Origin: Wallemia ichthyophaga EXF-994
Taxonomy: Eukaryota; Fungi; Basidiomycota
Length of the DNA: 124,000 bases
Reading direction: 5' to 3'
Assembly (NCBI RefSeq): GCF_000400465.1
Contig: NW_008806281.1
Span: 20,001-144,000 of the forward strand
Shown here: in pieces, positions 65,740 to 79,621 of the stretch
Position numbering within the stretch: position 1 is the stretch's first letter
Layout: every line of letters starts with the position of its first letter
Made by a program: the position numbers and the translations under genes
Notes under the pieces: generated by a model
The model's database searches: none
What the model saw: the letters and a program-made list of their open reading frames with translations, nothing else
What the model was told of the DNA's origin: nothing

Positions 65740-67414
65740 ATGATGACATCAAAACAGGCATTTAATCTTTTTAATAAGGTACCTCGGCAAGTGACACAGT
65801 CTTATGATGTCCTGATTGTTGGCGGTGGGCCTGTTGGATTGGCGTTGGCTTCGTCACTGGGATCGTGTGCCGATCTCAAAGCACTCAAAATTGGATTAAT
65901 CGAAGCGAATTCGCTGGATGGCGTGAGAAATTGGAATGGAAATGAACTCCCAGCGTATTCGAATAGGTGTTCGTCGATTAGTGCTTCAAATTACGTGTAT
66001 TTCCAGCGTGAGTTGAGTTTGACAAGTGGAGGTTGTGACAGCTGAAGAAGATGCAGGCACAGGTGGTTTAAACACTCTTAATACATGCCGTGTTTCTCCA
66101 GTCAACAATATGCAGGTCTGGGATGGCAGGACTGATGCCAGGATCACATTTGGCAGGCAGCTCGACGACGAAGACTACGGAGCACTCGCAAAGGACAGCA
66201 GCACGCTTTCGTATATGATGGAAAATACAAATCTGCAAAAATCATTCCTCGATCATATTGACAGGTCGACGTCTATTGACATACTCGACTCGGCAAAGAT
66301 TAGATATATAGATCGTGATAATGAGTGGCCCAGGGTTAATTTAGAAAACGGAGATAGCCTACGTACACGGCTCATAATTGGTGCAGACGGGTTCAACTCA
66401 CCTGTACGGAAATTCTCCGAAATCGAAGCAGTGGGATGGTCATACAACGCAGCAGGATTTGTTTCGACATTAGAAACACAACCATCTCATAACGCATCAC
66501 ATTCATCACAAACAGCGTTTCAAAGATTTTTGCCAACAGGACCGATCGCTTATCTGCCGTTACCGGGCTCAGCAGCGTCAATGGTGTGGTCAACAACACC
66601 TGAGCTTGCGAACAAGTTCAAACAGGCTGACATAAGAGTGCTTGGGTTACTTATCAATGCTGCGTTCAGATTTAGAGAGGATATACTTGCAACACTTTAC
66701 AATAACGTAAATCTCGACTATGATAGCTTTTTACTGCTAGTGAAGCAGCTTGAGAGTGCACAAGGAATTGATATGACTACCTCGCGACAGATTAGTAACG
66801 GAGTAGCTGATGGGATACCACCAAGTGATCATGAAGGGTTTCCACCGTTAGTGACATCAGTAGTGGATGGATCGCAGGCATCATTCCCACTGAAACTAAA
66901 TCATACTGATGGATATGATGGGAATAGAGCAGTATTGGTAGGAGACGCGGCTCACAGCTGTCACCCACTTGCAGGACAAGGGTTGAATTTAGGGATGGGA
67001 GATGTGCAATCACTCACGTCAGTACTAGCAGAGGGCCAAAGATTAGGGGGAGATATAGGAAGCAAGACGATATTGGAGAGGTATACGAGGGATCGCTATG
67101 TAGTAAATCTAACCATGCTTATGATGACAGATAAGTTAAATGCGTTGTTCCAAGTAAGTGGGGAGAACCCACTGGTGCAGCTGCGTAGTATGGGGTTGGA
67201 GATGATCAATGAGATAGATAGGGTGAAGGAATTCCTTGTGAGACATGCAGGCACAAAGGGCATAGAGAAGGAAGATGGTGATAGTATTATAGCAGATGGA
67301 ATAGAGAGTGTTGGAAAAGCAATAACAATGCTCAGCGCAACAGCAAGACAAGTTGGGAGATTTGGAGAGGGAAAGGTAAACGAAATGATGAATGGAATTG
67401 TAAATAAGAAGTAA
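65740..67414 (+). CDS. COQ6: Ubiquinone biosynthesis monooxygenase Coq6
   Basis: DVLIVGGGPVGL, MQVWDG, GADGFNSPVR, FQRFLPTGPIA, GDAAHSCHPLAGQGLNLG. Confidence 0.95.
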
Positions 67415-67476
67415 GAAATAAAAAAATCAAGCATAGGATATGATTTGTGCGATAAAGAGATGATATAGAGTTGAGT

Positions 67477-68010
67477 TTAGAGGGAGTTCATTTGAGCGAT
67501 AACTTCGTCTAATTCACGTTTCATCGAACCCAACTTTTCTTGAGAGTCTTCATACTTTTTCTCCCAGGCATCACGTTCTTGTTCAACGCGCTGTACTTGG
67601 CGTTCAAAGTGCTCAGCTTTGACGTCAACTTGACGGAGTTTTTCAGTGACGTCTTTCAAATTCTTTTCAGAGTTGTCGAGTTCGTCTTCTAAGAGGGCTA
67701 TTTTGCGATGTAAAGCTTCAGCGTTTGTGCGGTGAGCGTCTTCCTCGTCTCTGAAACCTTTCAAGTCATTGAGACGAGATTCGAGGGAATCGTTGTCAGA
67801 TTCAGCGAGACTGAGTTTGTGTTGAAGGGATTGAACTTCTTGTTCCCTTTGAAGGGAATCCTGTTCAAGCTTCTTTACACGTTCCTCAGAAACTTCAGCC
67901 CTTTCAAGGTTGGAATCAGCTTCAATGCGGAGGTTGTTGAGTTTCTGTGTGGGTGTCAGTGTTATATTATTTGTAAATGAACCGATAAAAACCTCTTTAA
68001 TCTTCTCCAT
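67477..68010 (-). CDS. TPM1: Tropomyosin
   Basis: MEKIKE|KLNNLRIEAD, KLRQVDVKAEHFERQV, continuous coiled coil; 48-nt intron 67945-67992. Confidence 0.93.
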   Translation of the reverse strand: MEKIKEVFIGSFTNNITLTPTQKLNNLRIEADSNLERAEVSEERVKKLEQDSLQREQEVQSLQHKLSLAESDNDSLESRLNDLKGFRDEEDAHRTNAEALHRKIALLEDELDNSEKNLKDVTEKLRQVDVKAEHFERQVQRVEQERDAWEKKYEDSQEKLGSMKRELDEVIAQMNSL

Positions 68011-68949
68011 TCGTGATGAAATTTGTGGTTTGACGTGTGGTTTGACTTCAAACGTAAGTTTAATTCATCAAAACCCTAAGATGGGTTTCGGGGCGGGTGA
68101 AAAATAAATTCGACCGAGGAAAGAAGCCTAAATGAGCTTTTGTTTCCAATTGAGCGAGGAGAAAATTTTTAACGAAATGTTCATATTCTAGAAAATTTCC
68201 CGAAAATTTTGATCAAGAATGTAAACAGGTATGAATGCATTATGTAGATATTACACAGTTTTACACCGGTTTACGCCTTTGTTCGACTCCTGGGAAGAAA
68301 TGAGGCTAACGTGGAGAAACGGCTCGGATGGCGACTAGGTGCAGCCACAAGTACTTAGATAATAGAGGTTAATTGTGCAGGAAAGCCAATTTGTTGTCTA
68401 GGCTCACTATAACGAATGGCTTCAAATGCTCAATTCGAAGAAATGGTCGCTATGATGAACAGGGAGCGTGAAAAGGAGAAGAAGAAGCTGTTTTACGCCG
68501 AAGATGTAGCTAAGATCAGCAAAAGGACCAAAAACGCATTAAAAAATACAAGGAGAAGACAGAAACTGCCATAAAAAACGATTGGGGATTTCTCGTCAAT
68601 CCCAAACAACGCAAGGAGGATGCCACACCCTTGGCATCAGTAAAATATATGTCCAAGACGAAGCTATAATGCTTATGGATTTGCGTCCCAACTCCCTCAA
68701 CACGCGTCAAGTAAGTTACGTAATTCAATTGCAATGTCTGACGTGTGGCAGATGGTCTCGGCTCTTTCAAAAGAGGGAATAGAGAAGGCGAAAGCTCACT
68801 ACGATGGAATAACCTGCTTCAACACGAGTATTGAAAAGAAATTTGACTTGATATCAATTCCCAATTTTTTACTTTAAAGTTTATTCGAAGTCTTCTTCCT
68901 TGTATATTACAATACATATTTACTTGTGTCATTCCATTTATACTGTACC

Positions 68950-70000
68950 TCTGCGCTTCACTGGTGAATGAGACATCCTAGCCTTGGAAACTTGTTCTGC
69001 CTGCGAAGGTCTCTTATTTACATTACTACCCCTAACTCCTCTCTTTGCTGGCATTCCCTTCCCTCCCTCATTGGTGTCCTTCAGCTTTGCCATCTTCACC
69101 CTTCCTGCAGCCCTCTGCTGTGCCTCTACTGTGCCTCTACTGTGCCTCTACTGCTTGGTTTGCGGAGCTTGTAGGTTTTGATGGGTTTGTAGTGTTTGCT
69201 GTGTTTGCATTGTTTACAGTGCTTCTACTGTTATCATTCCTATCGCCCTTTCCTCTAGCACCGGCAAACGAAAATGGCCTTGGCGTTGGCGGTGCTTACT
69301 GCACCTTCTTATGTTTTTTCACAATTCTCGTCTTTACTATACCTTCTTCGCCGCCTCCAGAGCTACTCAATTCCTTTGCATTAGTTGTACTACTACTACC
69401 TCCACCGAATATCTTCTTGCCTACACTCTTGATCATCCAAGCGGCCTTGCTAGCAGTTGCGACTCGAGTTGGTGGTTTCCCGCCTCCGATAATCCTACCA
69501 AGTGGTCTTCCTCTAGTGTTAGCTGTCATACTTAACCGTCTCTTCTGTCTCGACACCTCTAATCTACGCTTGATATCATCTCTACGCTCCTTTTCATTTA
69601 AAGGTACAGTCCCCTTGATTCTCTTGTTAGGTTGGCTTGGTTCTGCTACAGATGATCTAGCTTTAGCTTCCTTCTGCGTAAAACCCTCGTCTTGAGCAGA
69701 TGAGGTGGGTTAAGTAGGCTGTGTCGTTTGCCTAGATTGTTCAGACTTCGATGGACTTGCCTTGCCCTTGGTCTATGCTCTCGGCTGACCTGGCTTCTTG
69801 GGGGAAACCTTAGGTTTGGCTGCATAGTGATCGGCTATACTGCCCATCTTCTTAAATTAATTCTTATGTGCATAATCGAATTTCCTCTTTATCTTGAGAT
69901 TCGTGTTTATTTTGATATTCGTGGTACTGTTCAATCCTAACTGCGCTGCACTCTTTGATGATCTACTCGTCTCTGATTGCGCTTCAAATTTAGGCTTGAC
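68950..70000 (-). pseudogene. Disrupted K/S/R-rich low-complexity reading frame
   Basis: Reading frame MGSIADHYAAKPK...KKHKKVQ continues across stops at 69773, 69710 and 69296. Confidence 0.45.
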
Positions 70001-70404
70001 TTCGGCAGTTGGCAGACGTCTGTTCAGTTCATTCATAATGGATGTAAAACCTGCAATTGAAACACCTGACTGCTATCCAAACACGAATTGTGGCAGTGGT
70101 GGGTACACCTTAATTGATGCGCTTTCACTTGAGCCGTTGCTATTGTTAATTCCAGACAGACTTGGTCTGTTTACGAACCAAGGTTATGGCGATGGCGGTT
70201 TATTGTCATTGCTGACTAGTTTAACGGTATCGTCAATGATTTTGAAGAAAGAGAATTGACACGACACGTCTGTAAGATGTTAAAATGTAAAATAGAAAAT
70301 AACATGTATATAAATATCAATAAACAATAGATTTACTTAAAATAAAATAAAAATAAAAATAAAATGACAATCAATTAAGATACCTTTATCAAGTACATTC
70401 ATCA

Positions 70405-73400
70405 ATGAATAATAATGAAATTGGTAGATTGCTTCAACAACAACAACAGCAGCAATTTAATCAATTAAATCCACAACAGAGGCAGCAGGTGGGTTATTTG
70501 TTATATTAATTTAATTGCTCTGATTAGTGGATTTCCTTATAGGCGATGATTGCAACTCAAATGAGTAGAATGCAGCAGCAGCAGCAGCCCCAAGGACAAC
70601 CTCAACAAACACAAAATCATCCTCAGGACCTTAACCAATCACCTTCCCTTGAACAAGCATTTCAATCAAACAACCTCCACTTCCTAATCGACGCTGCAAA
70701 ATTAAATAAATTAAATAACGATAACCTTCAAAGATTACAGAGGCTTATTAGAAATTCTCAACTTGAGCATATTCAACGGGGCGGTGGACAGGGTGCCGGT
70801 GGTGGCCAGCAAGTTAGACAGCAACCACAGCAACAGCCACAACAACAACAACCTCAACAACCCCAGCAACACCCTCAGCAACCACCACAACATCCGCACC
70901 TAGTCCCCTCCCAAATAGCTGCCGCTAAGAACCTCCAACAGAAAATAGAAACCATCGATTTACAATTGAGAAATTCAAATTTATCCCCACAAGACCGAGA
71001 TAACGCTAGAAAGTCTTATGATGAAGCTAAAAATTTACAAGCTTTGTTTATTCAACAGCTTAGGAGTAATCAATCGACTAAACAATCAACCAATATGTTA
71101 CACTCTCAATCTCAGCCACAAGTTACAACCAACTACGATAACAACTGGGCTAATCAACACCAATTTCCCAGTCTCTCAAATAACTTTTCCGGCGATCATC
71201 ACTCAAACATCCTTGGTCTTGGTTTGGTTGGTACTTCAAATCCTCCACAGCAGCAACAACCTCCACAACAACCTCCACAACAACCTACACCCACTCACCA
71301 ACCTCCCACTCAACCCCGCCCAAACCTCTCCATGCTCCCTCAACTTCAACCCGAAAATTTTCTCAAAGCCCTTATCGATCTCATGAAGAAGCGTGGCACT
71401 CCTATTGAAAAACTACCTGAAGTTGATGGTAAAGGTATTGATTTACACAAACTCTACATGACTGTCATCCAATCTGGTGGCAGCTTGGAAGTTCATCGTC
71501 AATCAAAGTGGCCACTAGTTGGTGCAATCATCGGTTTACCAATGTCTAATCAATTCTCAGACTCTAATCCACGTATCTCTAACAACTCCTCCCAAGCTTT
71601 AGCAAACGTTTACAGAGAATACCTCGCTCCATTTGAACAAGTGTGGATGAAAGCTATTCATGATCAAGTCTCACAGAGAAGAGCCGCTGTCATGCATCAA
71701 CAACAATCACAACAACCACAACAATCACCTCTAACTAGACCAATGACTGGTTTCCCTCAACCAATTCCTCAACAATTCCCTCAACAATCTCAACCCCCCC
71801 AACCCCAACCTAATCAACCTCAACCTAATCCACCTCAGCCTAATCAGCCCATCCATCAACAACAACTAATGGCTTCTCTCTCATCAATGTCTGATGATCA
71901 GTTGAGAAATTTAAACTTGACTCCTGAGCAAATTTTTCAGCTTCGCAGAAAGATCCAACAACCACAAATGTCTACCACTGCGCCGTCTTTGGATGCCACC
72001 AGCTCTGTTACTAACCCTTCTAACCCTCCTTCTATCCAAAGCAACCCTTCATCTCAAGGTATCCCTCCTCCTATTCAAAACAACCCTTCATCTCAAGGTA
72101 TTCCTCCTCCAATGGCTAACAATTTGCCAATCATGATGCCTCCAAAAGAGAGACTATCACAGGCCTCTCAACTTGTTCAGTCCATTAAGCAGAGTATCAT
72201 GCAACAAAGACCTCCTGTTAACTCTCAACCCAATTTGAATCCTGCTGAACAACACCAAATCGCACAAACTTGCGCTGAAATTAAGCCTATGCTTATCTCT
72301 TTAGAAACTATCCTGCCAATTTTCTTGTGTTTGAACGATCCAATAGAACCAGGTAAAATTGAAGCTGTTAAGAAGATTTCTTTGATGGTATGCTGGTTTT
72401 GTGATATTTACACTTACTAACTATCAATGCAGACTGTTATGTATTACCAGCAAACTCTTATGCTTCCCCAGCGTCAATTTTGTTTCAATCTCGAGGACAT
72501 GACCAGGCTGCGGATTCAATTGGCTCGATGTAAGCGTTGTTTCAATGTCTCATTTGTTTTGATTAACCATCATTGCAGGCTTCATGTATGTTAAGAATCA
72601 GGTCAAGGACGTACAAGGAATACAAAGCATAGCACAAAATGCAGCACCGAGACCTGCTTCCCAGCCTCAAGCAGCACCTTCTCAACCACCGGACCAGTCT
72701 GCCATTTTCAACAATGCCATGAAGCAAGCGCAACAGCAACCCTCGCACTCTGCATCTCCAGCACAACCTTCACAAGTTGATCAGGTGGCTATGTTCAATA
72801 ATGCGCTCAAGCAAGCCCAACAGCAGCAGCAACAACAGCAACAGCAGCAACAGCAGCAACAACAACAGTTACAACAACAACAGCAACACCACCACCAGCA
72901 GTCACAAGTACCCTCTCCAGCTTTGATGAGTGGCGTACAGAGAAGCACTGACAATCTCAAAGCACCACCGCCATCCAAGCGCACAAAGACTTCTCCGCAG
73001 ATACAAAATACACCTATAGATCTTTCACCATCACCCATTCCTCCACCCGCACATTCAGGCCAGACGCCACCGAAATCTCCGTATTCTCAAAAAGCAGCTG
73101 CAGCGAGTGCCAGAGCGAGTGGTGGTCGTGGACGCGGTAGGCCACAAGCAAGACCACGGAATGCACAAAGAGGTGCAAATGGTACGACAAGCAACGACAA
73201 CACCCCAATCTCCATCGATATTGATTCACCAGCGCAAAACGTTGCGCCGTCTCTACCAAAGGCACCTACACCTGCACCATCACAACCAACGCAGCCACCT
73301 AAACCTACGGCGCTTGAAGATCCAGTCGCCTATTTGGAGAATGCACTCGCAGATTTCAAGCACAACTTGCCATCTTCAGCACCCCAACCTCAGCATATAA

Positions 73401-73876
73401 GTAACCCACAGATGTTCAACAGCCTAGATGAAGGTCATCCACTCAAACCATCACTGACGCTCGAAGATGTCCACTCGAAACCTGAGCCTGAGTTTATACT
73501 CTCGCCAGATGACAACATCCATGGCCATCTCCCACCTAACGAGGAGCTCGACTTTAGTCTATTGATTGATGAATCTTCATTCAATGATCAGGATCAGGAG
73601 CAGGATGAGGAAAGTGGTGAGAATGTAAGCTCGAAGAAGATGAACGTCGAGACGCCTGAACTCATCAATGGAATGAACCCTTCGCCTGAATCGGTCAACG
73701 ATGAACTCAAGTCGCCCAAGGATGCGTCGGCTAGCGGAAGGCAAAAGACGTCAAATAGCCAAACTTCCAACGCTGCTCAAGAATGGCTCGCTGGATCTGC
73801 GACTGACCAGTATGACGCAATGATTGATAACAACTTTGGCGCTAATTGGCTTCTTCAAGATGAGCAAATTAGTTAG
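70405..73876 (+). CDS. ARID/BRIGHT-domain glutamine-rich transcriptional regulator (Swi1/ARID1-like)
   Basis: FLKALIDLMKKRGTPI..LPEVDGKGIDLHKLY..V...GG...V....KW...Y..YLAPFE; polyQ tracts. Confidence 0.8.
72818..72900 (+). repeat. CAG/CAA polyglutamine tract
   Basis: Mixed CAG/CAA run encoding more than 20 Gln in the ARID gene. Confidence 0.9.
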
Positions 73877-74098
73877 CAATATCTGGTAACACAGATATGG
73901 ATCATGGTTTTTATTCTTTTCACTCATCTCTCTCCCTCGCTATTGACACTATTTTCCATATTTTCATCACACTGCTCATCTCCACTATTTCGTTATCCCA
74001 GTCAGCCATTGTATTATTAATTGTTTCCATATACATGTTTTAGCCGCGACTACTTTGCCTTAGTTAATGTTTATGACAGTAAAGTCTAATGTCGCACT

Positions 74099-75617
74099 TT
74101 ATTCGCCATGGAATTCAGATTGGACAGCACTAGCAAAATCATCATCGCACAGAACCCTGAAAGCCGTTAGTGCGACACCTGTAGCCGCCTCGAGTGTTTT
74201 TCGATGGGCGATGGGTGTATCGGTGCACCTTGCGAACTCTGCGGTATGATTAGAAACGCCTTCCTGTGAATAAATTTCGTAAGCAGGGTGCAGACCGGGC
74301 ATAGCGTAAGTGACAGCGCCGAAATCTGTTGATGCGCCTCCAGGGACGTCCAAAGCGAGCTGGACATGCGTACCAAATCTGCGCATCAATGCGGCTGCGT
74401 ATTCAACGGCTGCAGAGAGTGTGTGAGTAAGGACAATCCGCAAGTGATCAAACCACGTACGCACCGAGAAGCCCATTATGACGAAGTTCAGGGTGAGGAG
74501 GGGTGGTATCATGCAAGACGAATTGGCATCCGGTAGCATCAGCAGCAGCTCTTAAGCACGCAACTACCCTCCTCTTCAGTTCCACCAGCTCAGCCAGGGT
74601 CGCGCTGCGCACGCCATACCTGAGGCACGAGTACGCAGGGATAACATTGGGCGAGTAGCCCGCGGTGTCGATGACACCGTGCACGCGCTCATACGGCTTG
74701 GTCTGCTGACGGAGAGCGTTTATGTTGGTGTATGCGAGGATGGCAGCGTCGAGTGCGTTTATGCCCTCGTGCGGTGCAAGCGCTGCGTGTGCAGCCTTGC
74801 CCAAGTACTCTGCACTGAACGAATCGATTGCCAACATGGGCGATATTAGATCAGTTTTGTACGGCGCACCTCCACCCGGATGGATCATCAGCATCGCATC
74901 TGCGCTTTTGTATGCACCGTGTCTCAACATTCTTATTTTGCCACCGCCCCGCTCTTCCGCTGGTGTACCTAGGAGGAGCACCCTCCCGGATACATCCATC
75001 TCTGCCATCGCTGCAGCCACACCCAAAGCTGCCGCTAATGCTCCCTCAGCTATCAGATCTGCCTGTGTTAGGCGGAAGATTAGGGCGTGAAATATTCAGC
75101 TACCCACTGTGTCCACATGCATGCCCTATGCCCGGCAAAGCCTGCCTATTCAGCATAAACCCCGGAATGACATCATACTCACATCCATCTCAGCGTTGAA
75201 TCCCACTGTGCGTCCACCTATTCCACGACTAAATGTAGCCTTCCACGCCGTTTCCATCCCGCAGATTCCTCTCTCCACTCGCCATCCCCTGCCCTGCATA
75301 AAGTGGGTGAGCGTATTCGCCGCGTAATGCTCTCTGAATGCCAGTTCGGGATTTTGGTGGATCGTCGAACCAAGCTCTCTCAGTACACTCTCTTCCATGT
75401 GCAACGTTCTTTCTATTACCCCCGCTGCCCTGTCTGCCACTGGCTCGAAATTGGCACGATCATATGATGGCAGGGTGTTGGTGTGTGAATCGGTTGCATC
75501 TACTTCCAAATAGGTTGGAAGGCATGACTCTTGCTGCTCCTGCTCTTCACAATCCCTTTGCTCTGCATTCCCTGGCTCCTCCTTGAATTGTTTGCGTTTC
75601 GATAAGCAATTCCACAT
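74099..75617 (-). CDS. M20-family amidohydrolase (PM20D2/ACY1L2-like)
   Basis: HQNPELAFRE, FNAEMD, GTPAEERGGGK, GKAAHAALAP.EGINALDA, STDFGAV. Confidence 0.9.
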
Positions 75618-75659
75618 GAAAGTTATTGGTTATTGGTTATATTATAATACACAACAAAA

Positions 75660-77429
75660 TCAACGCTGCTGCTTCATTTTATTCACCGCAAATTCATTCA
75701 ACGCCTTGATGATGCGAGCCAGCTGCTCTTTGCTGCTCAAGTCAGACCTCTGAATAACCTTAGCCAACAGCTCTTCTCGGACAGAACAACCGAGTGCTTC
75801 AAAAGTCTCTAGAACAAGTTTGATAGCATTGATGCGATTCTGCGCATTAATATCAGCCGACATGTACCTAACGCAGAGTTCCATAATCATTTTCTCATTC
75901 TTGCGCAAATTCTTGCGCCATATATCGCCATTATCGTGTATACTCCTTTTGCACCACGCTTGCTTGTACAGCTTGAGCATTCTACTCAGACCCACTCGTC
76001 CATTCCAATGAGGGGAGTGTTGATTCGTTTTCCAAAATAATCGCTGTAGGTGCTCGTATTCGTGTGTGTTGGCTTGTTGCATTACACCCGCATTCGCGAT
76101 ATCTATATACGCGCGCACGGCATAGCGGAACCCTATGTAAAAATTGCAGTAGATTGCTGTTTGGAAGATACTCATCGCTGATAGAAATACGCGTCGGCGT
76201 ATATTCCTAGCCCTAATCTGGGCTACGATTGGCTTAGATTCGGGCTGGAATGACATTGGTGTTCTTTTACTTTCATACAACTTAAGCAAACCCGTAAAAT
76301 GCATATGAGCCTGCTTAAATGCTACTTTGCGTTGATTATTCGTAAGTGATAGTCTAATTAAGTGATGTAGATTGCTAGTATTGGTATGTAGATGGGTGTT
76401 GTCCTCACTCATCTCAAGTCGTCTCATGACTTTTGCTCTATGCGTCTTGTAGTCTACAGATGAAGTTGTGCCTTTCAATTTAAAGGATTTGAGTAACGTG
76501 GATGATGATAACGATGCTGATGCTGATTTAGATCCTTTTTCTATATTCTCTACTATTGTTAATAATTTCTTGGTGTTTTCTATTGTGTCGCATTCTGCTA
76601 GTTGTCGCAAACGATCTGTTATTGCTGCTTTGTCTTGTCCCAACTGTAGGAAAGCGGAGGATATAAAACTAAGAAACTTCCTATCTAATTTGATGTAAGT
76701 TTGAGAGATTAGCGATAGTATGGCTGTGATATCGACTAGAACACTTTCCTTATCTGATGCAACAGATTTGTACTCATGTATTAGTGATCGTATGAGGTGT
76801 ATATGGGTACCATGAGTGCGATCAACATTGAGTAGTTGTTGTTCAGCTAACAAACTAGGGGTAGATTCGATATCGTAACGCTGAAGCAGCTCATAAACGC
76901 GTGAAATAGCATGTGGGTAGGGAGAATTAATGTTCTCGCTCCATTCCTCAGTATAACAACGAAGGCTGTGGTGTAAATGCTGAGCTAGCTTGTTAAGCTG
77001 TTCTAAATCTGTACCTTGACAATCAACTTTAGCCGCAACGACGGCAGAAATGATAGTTACGAGAGTCCTTGGAGCGTAGCAAATATTCCTCCCACCTTTG
77101 CTAACGTTTGGATGAATGGAATACTTAAAGAAACGCAAAGCAGCGCTAAAGTGTTTACGATTGAGTAATTCAACGACGGCTCGAACATAAGGATCATGAT
77201 TTGAATGTACGCACAAGTTACTAGGTAAAGTGTCTAAAAGAGAGCGTAATTGGGCATTTGTGGGTCTACTGCGAGTGTTTTTGAGTGAAAACTTGTGCGA
77301 TCTAGTGAGCTTGAATGGAGAAGGAGAAGGAGGAGGAGTTAGACTAGATTTTAGATTAGACGAAGTACTAGGAAAAGGCTTGAACGATTTGGATAATTGA
77401 ATTAAGCACTTTAGTGGGTGTATGACCAT
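75660..77429 (-). CDS. Hypothetical helical protein with basic, presequence-like N-terminus
   Basis: 589-aa intronless ORF; no motif recognised. Confidence 0.6.
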   Translation of the reverse strand: MVIHPLKCLIQLSKSFKPFPSTSSNLKSSLTPPPSPSPFKLTRSHKFSLKNTRSRPTNAQLRSLLDTLPSNLCVHSNHDPYVRAVVELLNRKHFSAALRFFKYSIHPNVSKGGRNICYAPRTLVTIISAVVAAKVDCQGTDLEQLNKLAQHLHHSLRCYTEEWSENINSPYPHAISRVYELLQRYDIESTPSLLAEQQLLNVDRTHGTHIHLIRSLIHEYKSVASDKESVLVDITAILSLISQTYIKLDRKFLSFISSAFLQLGQDKAAITDRLRQLAECDTIENTKKLLTIVENIEKGSKSASASLSSSTLLKSFKLKGTTSSVDYKTHRAKVMRRLEMSEDNTHLHTNTSNLHHLIRLSLTNNQRKVAFKQAHMHFTGLLKLYESKRTPMSFQPESKPIVAQIRARNIRRRVFLSAMSIFQTAIYCNFYIGFRYAVRAYIDIANAGVMQQANTHEYEHLQRLFWKTNQHSPHWNGRVGLSRMLKLYKQAWCKRSIHDNGDIWRKNLRKNEKMIMELCVRYMSADINAQNRINAIKLVLETFEALGCSVREELLAKVIQRSDLSSKEQLARIIKALNEFAVNKMKQQR

Positions 77430-77573
77430 CGTCGAGATAGCATCAATTGGTTAATAGAGGATATGAAATTACTAGTGACCTAGGCAATTAATTTAATAGT
77501 GATTTATAAAATTTAGACTATTAAAATCCAGCGATGTTTCCTTGTGATCCTTGGTGATTTACGTTAAAGAGAG

Positions 77574-79621
77574 ATGAAAATAACGGACAAGCTGTTGGCT
77601 GCAGAAAGGGAAGACAGGCTTTGGTGGAGTTTTGAATTCTTCCCGCCAGTGAGTTTTGTAGACTGGTTGCTTCTTGAAATTCTAATGAAATTTACAGAGA
77701 ACTGCTCAGGTTGGTTGATAGTCTAAGCTGGCTGGACATTTCAGCTAACATGTTCAATACAGGGAATGACAAATCTCGTTGATCGTATCGAAAGAATGAG
77801 ACGCTTGGGTCCTGAATTTATCGACATCACTTGGTTAGTGCACTACCAGCCAACGTATTCAACAAAGTCTAAACAATTTCAGGCACTCTGGCGGCAGAAC
77901 TGCTGAATTGACTACTGAACTCGTCAAGACTTGCCAGGCTTCAATCGGCGTTGAGACTTGCATGCATTTGACCTGTACTGGCATGCCTCGTGAAAAGGTC
78001 ATTAATGCTTTAGAGGTGCGCTTATAATAATATCCCTCTTCGTCTGCTTACATATATCCAAGGAAGCCAAGAAGAATGGCTGCACGAACGTCCTTGCTTT
78101 GCGTGGTGATCCTCCCAGAGGTCAGACTGAATGGTATCCTCACCCAAATGGCTTCACTTACGCGGTTGATTTGGTCAAGCACATCAAAAGTGTCTACGGT
78201 GACTACTTCGAAGTTGCCGTCGCTGGTTTCCCTGAAGGAAACCTCCAATACAAACACTCATCAGACAAAGCCCTTGAAATGCAATACTTAAAGGAAAAGG
78301 TCGAAGCAGGTGCTGATCTTATAATGACTCAAATGTTCTACGATGTTGATAACTTTATCGATTGGTGCAAACAAGTTCGCAAAGCTGGCATCACCGTCCC
78401 AATCGTTCCCGGCATCATGCCGATCCAAACTTGGAACGGTTTCCAAAAAGCTGTACAAATGGCTCAGGCTAACGTTCCTGAATCATGGATGCAACAACTC
78501 GAAGCAGTCAAAGAGGATGATGCATCAGTCAGAAAAGTTGGTACTAAGCTCGTTTCTCAAATGTGCAAACAGATACTAGACGCCAATATCGGTATCAGAG
78601 GGCTTCATTTATATACTATGAACCTTGAACGTGGCCCTAAAATGATTTTACAAGAGTTGAATCTCATCCCACAAACTCAAATACTCAATCCCCTTCCATG
78701 GAGACCATCACTCACGCCTATGAGACGCACAGAAAACATCAGACCAATATTTTGGGCGAATCGTCAGAAATCATACTTGTCGCGCACGGAAATGTGGGAT
78801 GAGTTTCCAAATGGTAGATGGGGTGACTCACGCTCTCCTGCATACGGTGAATTAGACGGTTGGGGTCCAACAATCAACCTTAAGGCTGAGGAAGCTCTTG
78901 AAATCTGGGGTGAACCATCAAAGTACGATGACATTTGCAGTTTATTCTCCCGTTTCTGCTTGAATGACTTAAAAGCTTTACCATGGTCTGATCAACCGCC
79001 AGCTCGTGAAACTAGCGTCATTGATAGACAACTCGCAAAAATGAATGATATAGGCTTCTTTACGATTAATTCTCAACCTGCAGTCAACGGTGCTCGCTCA
79101 GATGATAAAGTGCACGGTTGGGGTCCTAAAGGCGGATACGTATACCAAAAAGTTAGTTGAAATGACTACCCAATTACACTGCTGACAATCAATTCAAGGC
79201 TTATCTGGAGTTTTTTGTGTCTCCAGACAATCTAGACAAATTAATCAGTCGTATAGAATTGAATCCGATGATGACATATTACGCAGTCAATAAGCGCGGT
79301 GATTTGAGAACAAACACTCACTCAGAAGGCCCTAATGCAGTCACGTGGGGTGTCTTCCCTGGCAGTGAAATAGTCCAACCCACAATCGTCGAAGCAGTCA
79401 GTTTCATGGCATGGAAAGACGAAGCATATGAATTGGGCTATCAGTGGAGCGATATGTACAAGTACGGATCGGCAAGTCAACAAATCATCAGACAGATCAT
79501 GGACACGCATTTCCTGGTGAACGTCGTCCACAATGACTTCAAGAATGGTCAAGACATATTCAAACCTTTTATCAATGAATTCGATAAAAAGACAGTGCTT
79601 AACGATACCACAAAGAATTAG
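77574..79621 (+). CDS. MET13: Methylenetetrahydrofolate reductase
   Basis: SFEFFPP, ETCMHLTCT, ALRGDPP, TQMFYD, DEFPNGRWGDSRSPAYG, NAVTWGVFP. Confidence 0.96.

Noticed and set aside
68950-70000. RIP-like hypermutation or stop-codon readthrough as the cause of the stops
   Set aside because: CAA/CAG to stop is the commonest nonsense route in Gln-rich sequence, and stops in the Argonaute relic do not share that signature.
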